This document shows, in pieces, positions 45,514 to 55,553 of a stretch of 64,000 bases of DNA. The DNA lies in the NCBI GenBank assembly GCA_031370005.1, contig JANMPT010000075.1:1-64000 (forward strand), in the 5' to 3' direction. A model generated the notes under the pieces. That model had not been told where the DNA came from. It saw only the letters and a list, made by a program, of their open reading frames with translations, and did no database searches. The DNA is from Bdellovibrionales bacterium (GTDB lineage Bacteria > Bdellovibrionota > Bdellovibrionia > Bdellovibrionales > Bdellovibrionaceae). The number at the start of each line of letters is the position of its first letter. Position 1 is the stretch's first letter. The translations under genes and the position numbers were made by a program.

Positions 45514-47418
45514 TTAATCTTCATTTAAAATAACGCCATTGTCAGAATAGATTTGCGAACGCCGTATCTGACTGGATTTAAGCACAAGGGCAGAGCCCTG
45601 ATTGAGACCTGAAAAATACAGTGCTGAACCGAGATTGGCAGTATTGTTTTGAAAGGAGGAGGCTTCAATCGACATTCCCGTCACTGACCCTGTCGCAAGG
45701 GCACCTCCAAAGAGACGGGCTGCATTTTGCGAAAAAGAACTATTTTTTACAGTCACCAAACCAAGGCCGATTAAAATTCCACCGCCACTAATAGCGGAAT
45801 TTTGTATAAACTCGCAGTTTGAAAAATTAAAACCCTGATCCGTGTTAGATCCCGTGGCATAGACAGCGCCACCGAAAGCAGCAGAGTTACGACTAAAGCG
45901 TGTGGAGACTATATTGATCACTAATTTGTTTGGCTGATGAATAGCAATAGCTCCGCCATATAGATTCGCCCCACTCCATGGAACTGAGTTGTCTTCAAAG
46001 ACGCTATCTTTGATCGACAGAACCCCGCCCTCACTATAAATCGCCCCGCCCATTTTACTGCTTACTTCAATATTATTATCGCCTACAGAGTTATGATCAA
46101 AATGCACATGATCAATCATGATAGAACTATTTTCCGAATAAATAGCTCCTCCCTTTGTAAGCACAAATCCATTCGTCAAGCGAAGCGACTGCAAAATGAG
46201 TTTACTATTGCCTGAAACGTTGAGGAGCCTTGATCTTCCTTCACCATCCAATACTGTTTTTGACTGACCAATAAACTTGGCCTCTCCGGAAAAAACAATT
46301 TCTTTTCCTTTTAAATAAATGGTTTCATCTGGGAATTTCACAATACTTGGAAAAGGACTACTTTGCTTAATTTTATTTATCAAAGCGCCACTATCAATAT
46401 CAAAAGAGGTCACCGAAATCTCTCGGCCAACTCCTAATTCTAGGACTGTAGAAATAGAACCAAATTTTAATGTGGCCTCAACCTGATACAGCTGACTTGG
46501 AATCAGCGCACTTGGAACTCCACTGATAACTCCTGTATTGACATCGAGATTTAATCCCATAGGAAGCTCAGGATAAATTGAATATTTCAACACGGGATGA
46601 CTGACGGAAGGGATTATTTTTTCTATTGGCTTTTGTAGAGCAAAGATATCCTGATCCATTGAATATTTAAAAGCAGGAGCCTGGGAGTCAAACTGTCCCC
46701 CCATACGGCAAAGCACGTCTAACTTAATCAACTGACCAGAGAGCTGAGCCATAAGGGAGCCCTTGCGCTCATAAGGCTGATTCGGTAAAGATTGGCTGTA
46801 GGCAATTTCAAGGTAGGCTTGATTGCTACCATAGGAAACGGTGCCAGGAATAAGCTTTCGATAGACTTGGCTTGACTGATAATGTTCATTCGCTTTCTCA
46901 GAAAACAGCTGAAGCGATGCGGCTTTTCCGTCTTGGCCCCACATAACTACCGCATCAACATTGCCATAAAGAGAAGAGGTGGTTCGACACCAAGCTTCAG
47001 TGAAAACTTCACTATTTTGATCAGCCTCTGTCATCTGTTTTACATAGAGTCCGTCTTGATAGGCCAGGACGAGGTCTGTATTTTTAGACAGCAAAAGATT
47101 CTCTGCTTTGATAGGCGCACTGTTGTCACATGCCTGAGCTGAATTTTTTGTTAGGGTGATAAGTGATCCATCGATTTTAATTTGTCCCAAAGGCATAGTC
47201 TGCCCGCCACAAGAATTCCCAGGAACTTTACGGTTATAGAGCTTGCCTTCAAAAGGTTCTCCATTGCCGGCCCCGCCCCCCTCCATGCTGGAAAATAATC
47301 TTGTGGGAGACGCAGAGATTCCTGGATCATACTTACAGTTTGTATATAAAAAGAAAATTGGAATAAATAAAAAAATAACGTGAAATAAAAATAAGTTTTT
47401 CCCCTGAAAACCACGCAT
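45514..47418 (-). CDS. Secreted/lipoprotein with He_PIG Ig domain and Pmp-like beta-helix repeats
   Basis: YTNC after the signal; LP.GLNLD..TGVISGVP; repeated F..N...GGAI/GGAL. Confidence 0.75.
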   Translation of the reverse strand: MRGFQGKNLFLFHVIFLFIPIFFLYTNCKYDPGISASPTRLFSSMEGGGAGNGEPFEGKLYNRKVPGNSCGGQTMPLGQIKIDGSLITLTKNSAQACDNSAPIKAENLLLSKNTDLVLAYQDGLYVKQMTEADQNSEVFTEAWCRTTSSLYGNVDAVVMWGQDGKAASLQLFSEKANEHYQSSQVYRKLIPGTVSYGSNQAYLEIAYSQSLPNQPYERKGSLMAQLSGQLIKLDVLCRMGGQFDSQAPAFKYSMDQDIFALQKPIEKIIPSVSHPVLKYSIYPELPMGLNLDVNTGVISGVPSALIPSQLYQVEATLKFGSISTVLELGVGREISVTSFDIDSGALINKIKQSSPFPSIVKFPDETIYLKGKEIVFSGEAKFIGQSKTVLDGEGRSRLLNVSGNSKLILQSLRLTNGFVLTKGGAIYSENSSIMIDHVHFDHNSVGDNNIEVSSKMGGAIYSEGGVLSIKDSVFEDNSVPWSGANLYGGAIAIHQPNKLVINIVSTRFSRNSAAFGGAVYATGSNTDQGFNFSNCEFIQNSAISGGGILIGLGLVTVKNSSFSQNAARLFGGALATGSVTGMSIEASSFQNNTANLGSALYFSGLNQGSALVLKSSQIRRSQIYSDNGVILNED

Positions 47419-47588
47419 ATTCTATTCTATCATAATCGACCGAGCGTATCTATATGAATGACTGGCTGAATGACCGAAACTGTATTGCCTCAAAATGAGA
47501 TTTTTTGTGTCTGATTTTGGATATCTGTCATATTTCTGACTTATATATATTTAACGATGACTTAGCCCAAGTGAAAATCGAGGGCGTT

Positions 47589-49109
47589 TTATTGTGACAC
47601 GAAAAAGTACCTTAAATTGCGAGAGGCCCCTTGGGCTTTAAGTCTTCCCTCACCGATGGCCCAACTCAGTAGCGAATTTACTGACCGCGTAGAAATTTTT
47701 AAAAGTTCGGCAGCTTGCTTGGCCGAAAAGTTTTGATAAGGCCAATATGATTTAAGTAATAGCAATTTGCTGACTTGACTATCAAATTTCAAATTTTTAA
47801 ATTTGATAGCTCTATCTTTTCGCAGCAAAACTGCACCGGGTTTTTCAGACACCCCACTCAGCCAATAGACCCCATTTTCACCCTTAAGTTCAATCCCCGT
47901 TGAATGGCTTTGTAAGTCGACCCGAAGACGTTGAATCGATTTGATCATTCGACCGGGCGTAGTCATCGGGTTGTAAAACTCCCCAGGATGAATCTTAGAA
48001 AAAATAGAAGCCAACATATGAGGTCTGTAAAAATCTAATGTGAGGGTAGTGAATAAACGATGGGATACACTTTGTGGTTTCAGTACAAAACTATTATCCC
48101 CCGTCTTCCCTGAATAAAGATCCCAACTCGATTCGGCTGCACACTCTTGCTCTTTGTTCATTCTCCAAATAAATTCGCCTGGCAACTTCAAGCCGTGAAA
48201 ATGCCGCCATATTTTTTTTTTGAATGATTCAAAAGGAGTTCCATAAAGAAGATATATCGCAAGATTTTCGTCTTTTGTATAAACTGCTCGATAGAAGTCA
48301 CAGTCGCGAAGAGTTTCCCAATGTTTAAATAACTGGGCTTGTTGGTAAACCTGTTCCAACGCTTGCAACGTTCTCGCGTTTGGCCCCAGCTGTATCAACT
48401 GAAGGATCGCCTTCCACTTTGATAAAAATAAATTTTGTTGAGGAGTTGCCGAAGACATTAATTGATTGACTATCTGGTCAATCTGCACTCGAGCCATCTC
48501 AAAGTCTTTTGCGTTTTGGGCCGTTTCGATAAGCAAGAGCGAAGAAAGTTCATAGACATTTGCCAATAACAGTGACCAATTATTCAATTTACATTTTTGC
48601 GACAATTGCCCTAGCAGCACTTCTGCCTTGGACCAATGAGCAAGATTAACGTAACAAGCTGCTAAATTGACTTGCGCCACGCTTGTTTGATAAGCATCTA
48701 GTGCCTCCCCCCTCGAAATTTCCTCTAAGAGAGGTGCTGCCTTACGATAATTCCATTGTGAAATATGGGCATAGGCCATAAAAAGTGCCGCCCGTGGAGA
48801 TTCAGGACTCATCGGTGTCAGCCGCATTAAGGCCTCATCAACTGCACCTATCTTCGCTAGTAGTGCCGAGTAAACAATCGTTTCTTCCTGACTAGGAGTC
48901 AGACTAGAAACGTCTGACAGAATATATGGTTTTAAAATTCGCAAACCCAGATCTGATAAATTTGTTCTTCTCGTCAGCTCTGCAAATCGCCAAGCCAAGC
49001 TGCGCGGGATTTGCTTAATGGCCAACTGGCGAAGTCCATGTAGGACTTCCGAGCTTCGCCCGGAACGAATTAAATCCTCATATTGAGACAATAGCTTATT
49101 CCAATCCAT
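47589..49109 (-). CDS. TPR-like helical protein with a C-terminal winged HTH (putative regulator)
   Basis: Helical repeats; C-terminal FSAKQAAELLKISTRSVNSLLSWAI..G.L...GASR..RY. Confidence 0.7.
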   Translation of the reverse strand: MDWNKLLSQYEDLIRSGRSSEVLHGLRQLAIKQIPRSLAWRFAELTRRTNLSDLGLRILKPYILSDVSSLTPSQEETIVYSALLAKIGAVDEALMRLTPMSPESPRAALFMAYAHISQWNYRKAAPLLEEISRGEALDAYQTSVAQVNLAACYVNLAHWSKAEVLLGQLSQKCKLNNWSLLLANVYELSSLLLIETAQNAKDFEMARVQIDQIVNQLMSSATPQQNLFLSKWKAILQLIQLGPNARTLQALEQVYQQAQLFKHWETLRDCDFYRAVYTKDENLAIYLLYGTPFESFKKKIWRHFHGLKLPGEFIWRMNKEQECAAESSWDLYSGKTGDNSFVLKPQSVSHRLFTTLTLDFYRPHMLASIFSKIHPGEFYNPMTTPGRMIKSIQRLRVDLQSHSTGIELKGENGVYWLSGVSEKPGAVLLRKDRAIKFKNLKFDSQVSKLLLLKSYWPYQNFSAKQAAELLKISTRSVNSLLSWAIGEGRLKAQGASRNLRYFFVSQ

Positions 49110-49242
49110 TTAGTCCCGAGTCTCAAACTGCTACGATCTTATTAACTTCCTAAATAGTATAGCAGTAACTCCCTATTCGCGAAATTGTTTGTCCATTTTA
49201 GCCCAGGCTTAAGTCTTATATTATGTATGTATTGGAGGACTT

Positions 49243-50166
49243 ATGAGCTTGGAGATTCTAAAACTACAAATCAAACACCTAGTGAATAAACAAGTACTGA
49301 CACGTATTCCAGAGGCATCAGAAATAAGTGACGGTCTTGAACAATCCTTGGACTATAGCAAGTCAAAAGATAGCCTGATGATCGTTCCCTACTTAGTTGC
49401 GCTCAACTTGATTGACCGAACATGCGAACCAGAAAAACGACGCAAAGCCATTGAGTTGTGTTCTGGACCAGGAAATTTCTCTGAGCTATTGGCAAGTGTT
49501 GGAAAGTTTGAACATGTCACAGGAGTGGATATGTCATCTAGAATGATCATGCTAGCCCGAAAAAACGTCGAGTCTACAGGCTTAGAAAGCAAAATACAAT
49601 TTGTGCAGGATGATGTTACTCAACTGCAAAAAATTTCTCAATCGCAAGTTGACCTTGTAACTTTCATGAATGGAGCCCACCACCTCTCTAATTTAGAAAA
49701 AGTAAAATCCGTTCTAACAAGAGCCTCTGAATTGGTAAGTTCGAATGGAGTTGTATTTGTCATGGACCCTGTTCGTCCCAAGACCACAGCCCTTGCAAAA
49801 AAATATGTTGAAATTTTCGGGAAAGATTATTTAGTGAAAAACCTATCCCATTTTCATAAGGACTTCAATGATTCTGTCTTCGCTGCATGGACTGCAAATG
49901 AATTAAAGTCAGCGATCCCTAAAGGCTGCAAACGTAACTGGATACATATTTTGCCTTTAGGATTCCCCGCGTTTCAGTTTATCATTGGTTTACCAGAGGA
50001 TAGAAAAAACCTTTGGCTCAATAAAGGGATCCTCACCTCTGAAATTAAACAGCTGCTGCCGACTTCCTATCGGATGGATTTCAAAATGTTACAAATGTCT
50101 ATCAGTTTAGGAAAAAAAACAATTATAACTGATCACGGTAAATCAGGAATCCGTTTCCAGAGATAA
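49243..50166 (+). CDS. Class I SAM-dependent methyltransferase
   Basis: IELCSGPG, GVDMS..MI..A, FVQDDV, HHL; GGAGG RBS. Confidence 0.88.
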   Translation: MSLEILKLQIKHLVNKQVLTRIPEASEISDGLEQSLDYSKSKDSLMIVPYLVALNLIDRTCEPEKRRKAIELCSGPGNFSELLASVGKFEHVTGVDMSSRMIMLARKNVESTGLESKIQFVQDDVTQLQKISQSQVDLVTFMNGAHHLSNLEKVKSVLTRASELVSSNGVVFVMDPVRPKTTALAKKYVEIFGKDYLVKNLSHFHKDFNDSVFAAWTANELKSAIPKGCKRNWIHILPLGFPAFQFIIGLPEDRKNLWLNKGILTSEIKQLLPTSYRMDFKMLQMSISLGKKTIITDHGKSGIRFQR

Positions 50167-50531
50167 GTAATTGTGTCCTCATTCATGGGAAGGTCCAAAT
50201 AAAAAACATCGCCCACAATCCGCGCATTGTTGGTCGTGATTCGCCCGATTTGCATATCTGGGTCTTGTGCACAGCTGCTTTGATTGTCCGGATTTACCCA
50301 CAGAATTTGCTGAACCAGCACATTGTTTTCGAACTTATAGCTTGATTTTCTCTCGCAAAAACCACTCTCGTCATCTCGCTTATAATACAAACGGCAAACC
50401 CCATCAGTTCCAAACTCCAAGATTTGGGTGAGACTAGGGTTCGGAGCGGGCACTTCATGTCCTTGATAGATGTAGGCGTAAAACTGCCAACTGCCAAAAA
50501 TATTAATAAGAGTTGCTAGCCAAAGACTCAA
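50133..50531 (-). CDS. Hypothetical protein (lipocalin-like)
   Basis: IFGSWQ near the N-terminus, beta-rich; start overlaps the protease stop. Confidence 0.55.
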   Translation of the reverse strand: MSLWLATLINIFGSWQFYAYIYQGHEVPAPNPSLTQILEFGTDGVCRLYYKRDDESGFCERKSSYKFENNVLVQQILWVNPDNQSSCAQDPDMQIGRITTNNARIVGDVFYLDLPMNEDTITYLWKRIPDLP

Positions 50532-51889
50532 AGAAAACCCCTGCTTTTCATGATCTCTTGGGCCGCAGCCAAATCCTTATCCACTAAAACCAAGGGTAGG
50601 ACCTCAAGGATCTTTTTCTTAAAGTCAGAAAAATCACTCTGCGGATCTAAACTAATAAGTAACTTCAAGGCAATATCCACACTCTTTTCAGAGCCTATTT
50701 TTTTCTTGAGTTCCCAAAGAGTCCCACTGATGATGCCACTGTCGTGATATAGCCCTCCATTTTTATCTGAAAGCTTTAATCCATTATCAAGCGTGCGACG
50801 GTATGGCCCTGGGACATAAGACACTTCTCCCATATTTGGTTGATTCAACTGCACCGCAGTCAAAAAATCTGCAAAGCCTTCATTCAAAGAACCGCCCTCA
50901 TCCTGAAATGGAAGACGGGCGAGCTCATCGATCAAGGCATGGGCCGTCTCATGCATCACCACTGTCGGGTCCTGCGGCATCTTTGCATAAATCACTCCAT
51001 CGCCAGAACCTATTCGAATACGACCCTGATAGTAGAAGGCCGCATTGGTTTTCTCAGGAGCCCCTAGATGAACTTGCACATCCAGGGCGCGTGACAAGGT
51101 CACCCCAAGACGTGTTTCGAACCAATCCAGAGCTTTGTTAACGAAATAAAATACTTGAACCTCATCAAAACGATCATCAGGAGGAGAAAACTTTAAGTTA
51201 TTCGTGTTTGGAATTTTTACTTCTGACAAGCTTGTCACAAAAAGGCGCGAATTTTTAAGAGAACCCGAGCCCTCCAAATTTTTAAATGTAACATCTGTTA
51301 AAGAGCTATGAAGGGGCCCGAGAGGAAACACTGTCGCAATGGATTCCTGAAATTGTGAACCGACTCGTTCCTGTTTTTCGATCGCACCCTCTTTATTCAA
51401 GAGAATTTGCCATGGAATCCCTATTTCATCAAAATAAACACATCTCCATTTGAGTTCAAAAGAACTCCCCTTCTTCTCGAAAACCAATTCCGGTTTTTCA
51501 AATGCAATGAACTTAGCCATCTCTGGGTGCTGGCTGCGCAAACGCGAAAGGACCTGGGGCTGCTGCGCCTTGAAGTTTTCAATTTCTGCTTTATTCCCTG
51601 TGGCTCTAGTGTCAACGAGACCTGAAACAGAAAGGAGTTCGCCTTTAACGTCATAAACTTCTTTTACAAAAGCATTTTGAAGAGGGACCCCTAAGACTTG
51701 TTGAGACAAAAACTCAATTTTTTCAAATTTTGTTTGTTTTTGAATATCCGTTTTTAAATTTATTTTTTTAAGTTCTACAGGCAGAGGCTTGCCTGATTTC
51801 CTGGACCACTGAATCTCTTGAAAACTCGTTCTGGACTCACAGTGAACGAGGCCACTTAAAGCAAGAAACACCAGAAGAATGTTTTTCAT
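50528..51889 (-). CDS. Thermolysin/fungalysin-like (M4/M36) zinc metalloprotease
   Basis: NAAFY, HETAH, LNEGFADF, YHDSGI; start at MKNILL. Confidence 0.88.
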   Translation of the reverse strand: MKNILLVFLALSGLVHCESRTSFQEIQWSRKSGKPLPVELKKINLKTDIQKQTKFEKIEFLSQQVLGVPLQNAFVKEVYDVKGELLSVSGLVDTRATGNKAEIENFKAQQPQVLSRLRSQHPEMAKFIAFEKPELVFEKKGSSFELKWRCVYFDEIGIPWQILLNKEGAIEKQERVGSQFQESIATVFPLGPLHSSLTDVTFKNLEGSGSLKNSRLFVTSLSEVKIPNTNNLKFSPPDDRFDEVQVFYFVNKALDWFETRLGVTLSRALDVQVHLGAPEKTNAAFYYQGRIRIGSGDGVIYAKMPQDPTVVMHETAHALIDELARLPFQDEGGSLNEGFADFLTAVQLNQPNMGEVSYVPGPYRRTLDNGLKLSDKNGGLYHDSGIISGTLWELKKKIGSEKSVDIALKLLISLDPQSDFSDFKKKILEVLPLVLVDKDLAAAQEIMKSRGFL

Positions 51890-51905
51890 ACATGACTCCA
51901 AGAAA

Positions 51906-51929
51906 AGACCCGATTGCGAAATCGGGTCT
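51906..51929 (-). terminator. Rho-independent terminator after the 51946..52344 gene
   Basis: Minus strand AGACCCGATT-TCGC-AATCGGGTCT followed by TTTCT. Confidence 0.8.
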
Positions 51930-51945
51930 GAAAGTATTCCTTAGG

Positions 51946-52344
51946 CTACTCGATAGAAATACTTTTCTCAAGGAAAGTGCCATCACCGTTCATAAAACGC
52001 AAAAGATGCTTTCCACTTGCGAATTTACCGAGACTGACTTCCTTAGTGAAAGGAACCATCACCATCAAACACATCCCTTGACTCACGGACGCAATGGATT
52101 TCACTTCATGAGTGAAAGTATCTAGATTGCTGACCTCTGAGCGTTTCCAGCGATAACAACTATTTGGGAATATTCCGTTAGCAACCACAAAGACATTTGA
52201 ATTGCTGTCAAATCCACCAGGAACGTAAACGTCATTGATTCCGATTTGTATCTCTTTTTCAGCTGGGGCAACCCCGGCCTCCGCAGAAACACCGATTACC
52301 AAAAGGCTACTCAAAAGAAGTAATTTAAAATTTCCCACTTGCAT
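51946..52344 (-). CDS. Small secreted hypothetical protein (two Cys, Ig-like)
   Basis: Signal peptide; VPGGFDSN, PNSCY, CLMVMVPF; GGGAG RBS. Confidence 0.75.
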   Translation of the reverse strand: MQVGNFKLLLLSSLLVIGVSAEAGVAPAEKEIQIGINDVYVPGGFDSNSNVFVVANGIFPNSCYRWKRSEVSNLDTFTHEVKSIASVSQGMCLMVMVPFTKEVSLGKFASGKHLLRFMNGDGTFLEKSISIE

Positions 52345-52398
52345 CTCCCTTGCTGTGCTCGCACTTGTTGTTTGTTTGCGCGTTCGTACAGCTTAAGA

Positions 52399-52414
52399 GC
52401 AAAGCAAGTGCCAA
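52399..52414 (-). promoter_or_regulatory. Consensus sigma54 promoter
   Basis: Minus strand TTGGCAC-ttgct-TTGC. Confidence 0.8.
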
Positions 52415-52526
52415 TGTCTAACTTAATTCCATTGTGTTAGAGGATTTTTTCAGGACAAATCTTCTCAAAAAATTATTTGCAGTTGTGGCTAATTGCCCCT
52501 GATGCGATGAGCAACAAATTAAGAAA

Positions 52527-53927
52527 CTAATCTTCTGTGAGACTTTCGTCCTCCAAAACCCAACCATACTCCCGCTCTTTCCTATATAAAGTACGACGAT
52601 TCACGCCAAGAATATGGGCGGCCTTCTCTTTTCGTCCACCTGTCCGATCAAGAACATATTTAATATAGCGCTTTTCAAAATCCTCCAGAGTTGGAAGCTC
52701 TTCAGAAGCCTGGGCGAAGATCATTTCTGAGTTTGAATTTTCACCCTTTGGAAGATCTGAGACCTCAACTTGTGCGCCACGACAAAGGACAACGGCCCGT
52801 TCAATAACGTTCTCAAGCTCCCGTACATTGCCATCCCAAGGCAAACTCATCAGAGTTTGCATCGCCTCTTTGCTGAAAGCCTCCACACGAGTTCCATTCA
52901 AAGAACTGTACTTATCTAGGAACACATGGGCCAAAAGAGGAATGTCCTCAAGGCGGTGACGTAAAGGAGGAAGAACCATCGGGATAACGCTTAGTCTATA
53001 ATATAAGTCCTCGCGAAATCGCCCATCACGAATAGCAGACTTTAAATCCTTGTGAGTCGCCGCAATGATTCTGACGTCAACTGACTTGTCGTGATTGTCC
53101 CCAACAGCGCGAATCTTTTTATCCTGCAATACTCGCAACATCTTGGCTTGCAAAGCTAAATCCATGTCACCGATCTCATCTAAAAATAAAGTCCCGCCAT
53201 GGGCCTCTTCAAAGAGCCCCTTCTTATTGGCAATCGCTCCAGTAAAGGAACCCTTTACATGGCCAAAAAGCTCGGACTCAAGAAGATTCTCAGGGATAGC
53301 CGTACAATTAATGGCAATAAAAGGTTTACTAGCTCTGGCGCTCTGTGAGTGAATTGCTTTTGCAACCAGTTCTTTCCCCGTGCCACTTTCGCCTTGAATT
53401 AAGACATTCGCCATGGCTCCCGAAACCCGTTGAATAAGATCAAATACGGAGTGCATCGCTGCGCTCTTGCCAATAATTCCCGCATAGGAGTGAGCCGAGC
53501 GATGAACCCCTCGAAGAATTTTGTTCTGTTTATTTAGATTGCGAAACTGCAAGGCCCTTTCAACAGTTATATCCATTTCACTCAACTTAAAAGGTTTCAC
53601 AATATAACTAAAGGCACCCTTTTTGGTGGCCTCTATTGCAGATTCAATTGAACCAAAAGCTGTAATGAGAATAATAGGAATGCTTGAATCCAAGGCTTTA
53701 CACTTTTCAATAAAACTGAGCCCGTCCATTCCAGGCATTCGCAGGTCTGTAATAATCAAATGAATCTGCTCTAAAGACCACGCATCGGCTTTTTGCAAAT
53801 CACTGTAAGCTTCAAGTGCTGAAGTATAGGTCTCAACCTTATAGCCCTGGGGAGTTAAAAAATCCTGGAGCAAAGCCCCCATACCGGGGTCATCGTCAAT
53901 CACTAAAATTCGTGACTTATTCTCCAT
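52527..53927 (-). CDS. NtrC-family sigma54-dependent response regulator
   Basis: Receiver DDD/DLRMP; GESGTGKE, ESELFGH..GSFTGA, FLDEIG, WDGNVREL; Fis HTH. Confidence 0.95.
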   Translation of the reverse strand: MENKSRILVIDDDPGMGALLQDFLTPQGYKVETYTSALEAYSDLQKADAWSLEQIHLIITDLRMPGMDGLSFIEKCKALDSSIPIILITAFGSIESAIEATKKGAFSYIVKPFKLSEMDITVERALQFRNLNKQNKILRGVHRSAHSYAGIIGKSAAMHSVFDLIQRVSGAMANVLIQGESGTGKELVAKAIHSQSARASKPFIAINCTAIPENLLESELFGHVKGSFTGAIANKKGLFEEAHGGTLFLDEIGDMDLALQAKMLRVLQDKKIRAVGDNHDKSVDVRIIAATHKDLKSAIRDGRFREDLYYRLSVIPMVLPPLRHRLEDIPLLAHVFLDKYSSLNGTRVEAFSKEAMQTLMSLPWDGNVRELENVIERAVVLCRGAQVEVSDLPKGENSNSEMIFAQASEELPTLEDFEKRYIKYVLDRTGGRKEKAAHILGVNRRTLYRKEREYGWVLEDESLTED

Positions 53928-53963
53928 ACAATTTGCCTCCACTAGAGATCTTCGAGTAACAGA

Positions 53964-55406
53964 TTGAATTCGAGCTGTCTATTGTTTAAGATGGACCTCA
54001 TGGAAAAAACACCAACTATGGAGTACTTAAAAGATCTTGAAAATGTGCGCCTAGCCCTTGATCAGTCAGCCATTGTGGCAATCACGGACCCGCAAGGGAA
54101 TATCATTCAGGTCAATGACAAGTTTTGTGAAATATCGATGTATAGCCGGGAAGAGCTCATTGGCCAGAACCACCGCATCATCAATTCAGGATATCATTCC
54201 CCTGAATTTTTCACAAACCTATGGAAAACCATCTCAACAGGCCAGAAGTGGGAAGGCGATCTTCGTAATCGGACAAAGAGCGGGCAATATTACTGGGTCC
54301 ACACTGTCATTATTCCATTTAAAGATGCTAACGGAAACATCAAGGAATACGTTTCTCTGCGCTATGATATCACCCAAAAGAAGCAAACTGAAGAGAACCT
54401 ACAAAATCTTTTTGATGCGGCCTTTGAAGGGCTTTTGATTTACGATCTAAGCGGAAGGATCGTCTGGAGTAATCTAAAGCTTAATGAAATCATAGAGCAA
54501 CCAATCGAGCCCACCGAAGACATTTACTTCCGAAGCCTCTTTGGTCAAGAAGCTCCCCTTTTTCAAGTGGGTGAATTTAAAATTCACCGCGAGTTAAGCC
54601 ATGGCACTCAAGTTCTTGAACTTAGCTGCAAAAATTACTCATATAAGGGCCACAGGGCCTACCTGGTGGCGGCTCGTGATATCTCAGAAAAAGAAAAATA
54701 CGAATCGCAAATTCTTCAGCAGGATAGAATGGCCTCTATTGGCCTTCTAGCATCAGGACTTGCCCACGAAATTGGAACCCCGCTTGGAATCATGAGGGGA
54801 CGCGCCGAACTTTTAAGCTTACAAAAAAGCCTAGAGACCTCATCCCGCCAGAATGCTGAAATTATTATTCAACAGATTGATCGTATTTCTGATCTCATCA
54901 AGTCCTTACTTAATTTAGCCCGTGGCGGAAACTCAACAACGCCTAATTTAATTGAAATTAATCCGATTTTTGAGGATGTTTTAAAGCTGCTCCATTATGA
55001 GGGTCAAAAATCCAATATTTGCATCGAAAATCAGCTTGGCGATAAGATCCTTGCGCTGGCGGTCCCAACCTCACTTTTTCAGGTTCTCTTGAATCTGTTT
55101 GTAAATGCTTTTCATGCTATTCAAGAGCGGCAAACCAAAGAGCTCAACCTCACTGGTAAAATTCTCATTGAGGCGGAAAAGAAAAATGAGTTTTGGATTC
55201 TTCATATCCACGACAATGGCTGCGGCATTTCTGAAGAAAACCTCAAAAAGATCTTTAGCCCATTTTTCACAACAAAGGATGTTGGCGTCGGTACAGGGCT
55301 TGGCTTAGCAACTTCTTTTAAGCTATTAACTAGTTGGAATGGTGGAATTGAAGTTAAAAGTCATGTCGGTCAAGGAAGCACCATTAGTATTAGACTTCGC
55401 CATTAA
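53964..55406 (+). CDS. Cytoplasmic PAS-domain sensor histidine kinase
   Basis: Aer/NifL-like PAS (NHR....YH....LW.TI..G..W.G...NR.K.G..YWV), LAHEIGTP, N/G1/F/G2 boxes; start probably 54000 or 54018. Confidence 0.93.
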   Translation: MNSSCLLFKMDLMEKTPTMEYLKDLENVRLALDQSAIVAITDPQGNIIQVNDKFCEISMYSREELIGQNHRIINSGYHSPEFFTNLWKTISTGQKWEGDLRNRTKSGQYYWVHTVIIPFKDANGNIKEYVSLRYDITQKKQTEENLQNLFDAAFEGLLIYDLSGRIVWSNLKLNEIIEQPIEPTEDIYFRSLFGQEAPLFQVGEFKIHRELSHGTQVLELSCKNYSYKGHRAYLVAARDISEKEKYESQILQQDRMASIGLLASGLAHEIGTPLGIMRGRAELLSLQKSLETSSRQNAEIIIQQIDRISDLIKSLLNLARGGNSTTPNLIEINPIFEDVLKLLHYEGQKSNICIENQLGDKILALAVPTSLFQVLLNLFVNAFHAIQERQTKELNLTGKILIEAEKKNEFWILHIHDNGCGISEENLKKIFSPFFTTKDVGVGTGLGLATSFKLLTSWNGGIEVKSHVGQGSTISIRLRH

Positions 55407-55505
55407 CTTGCCTCGAGTGAGACTTGATATCCCAAGTCACTTTATTTTTTTGAGATAATTTGTCTCAGCCCGAAGTAAAAACTAGAAAATAAGACACTTT
55501 TGTAT

Positions 55506-55520
55506 TGGCATCTTTCTTGC
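55506..55520 (+). promoter_or_regulatory. sigma54 promoter of the CBS-domain gene
   Basis: TGGCAT-ctttc-TTGC. Confidence 0.75.
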
Positions 55521-55553
55521 GTTAGCAAATGGGAAACTAAAACCGGAGTTCCA

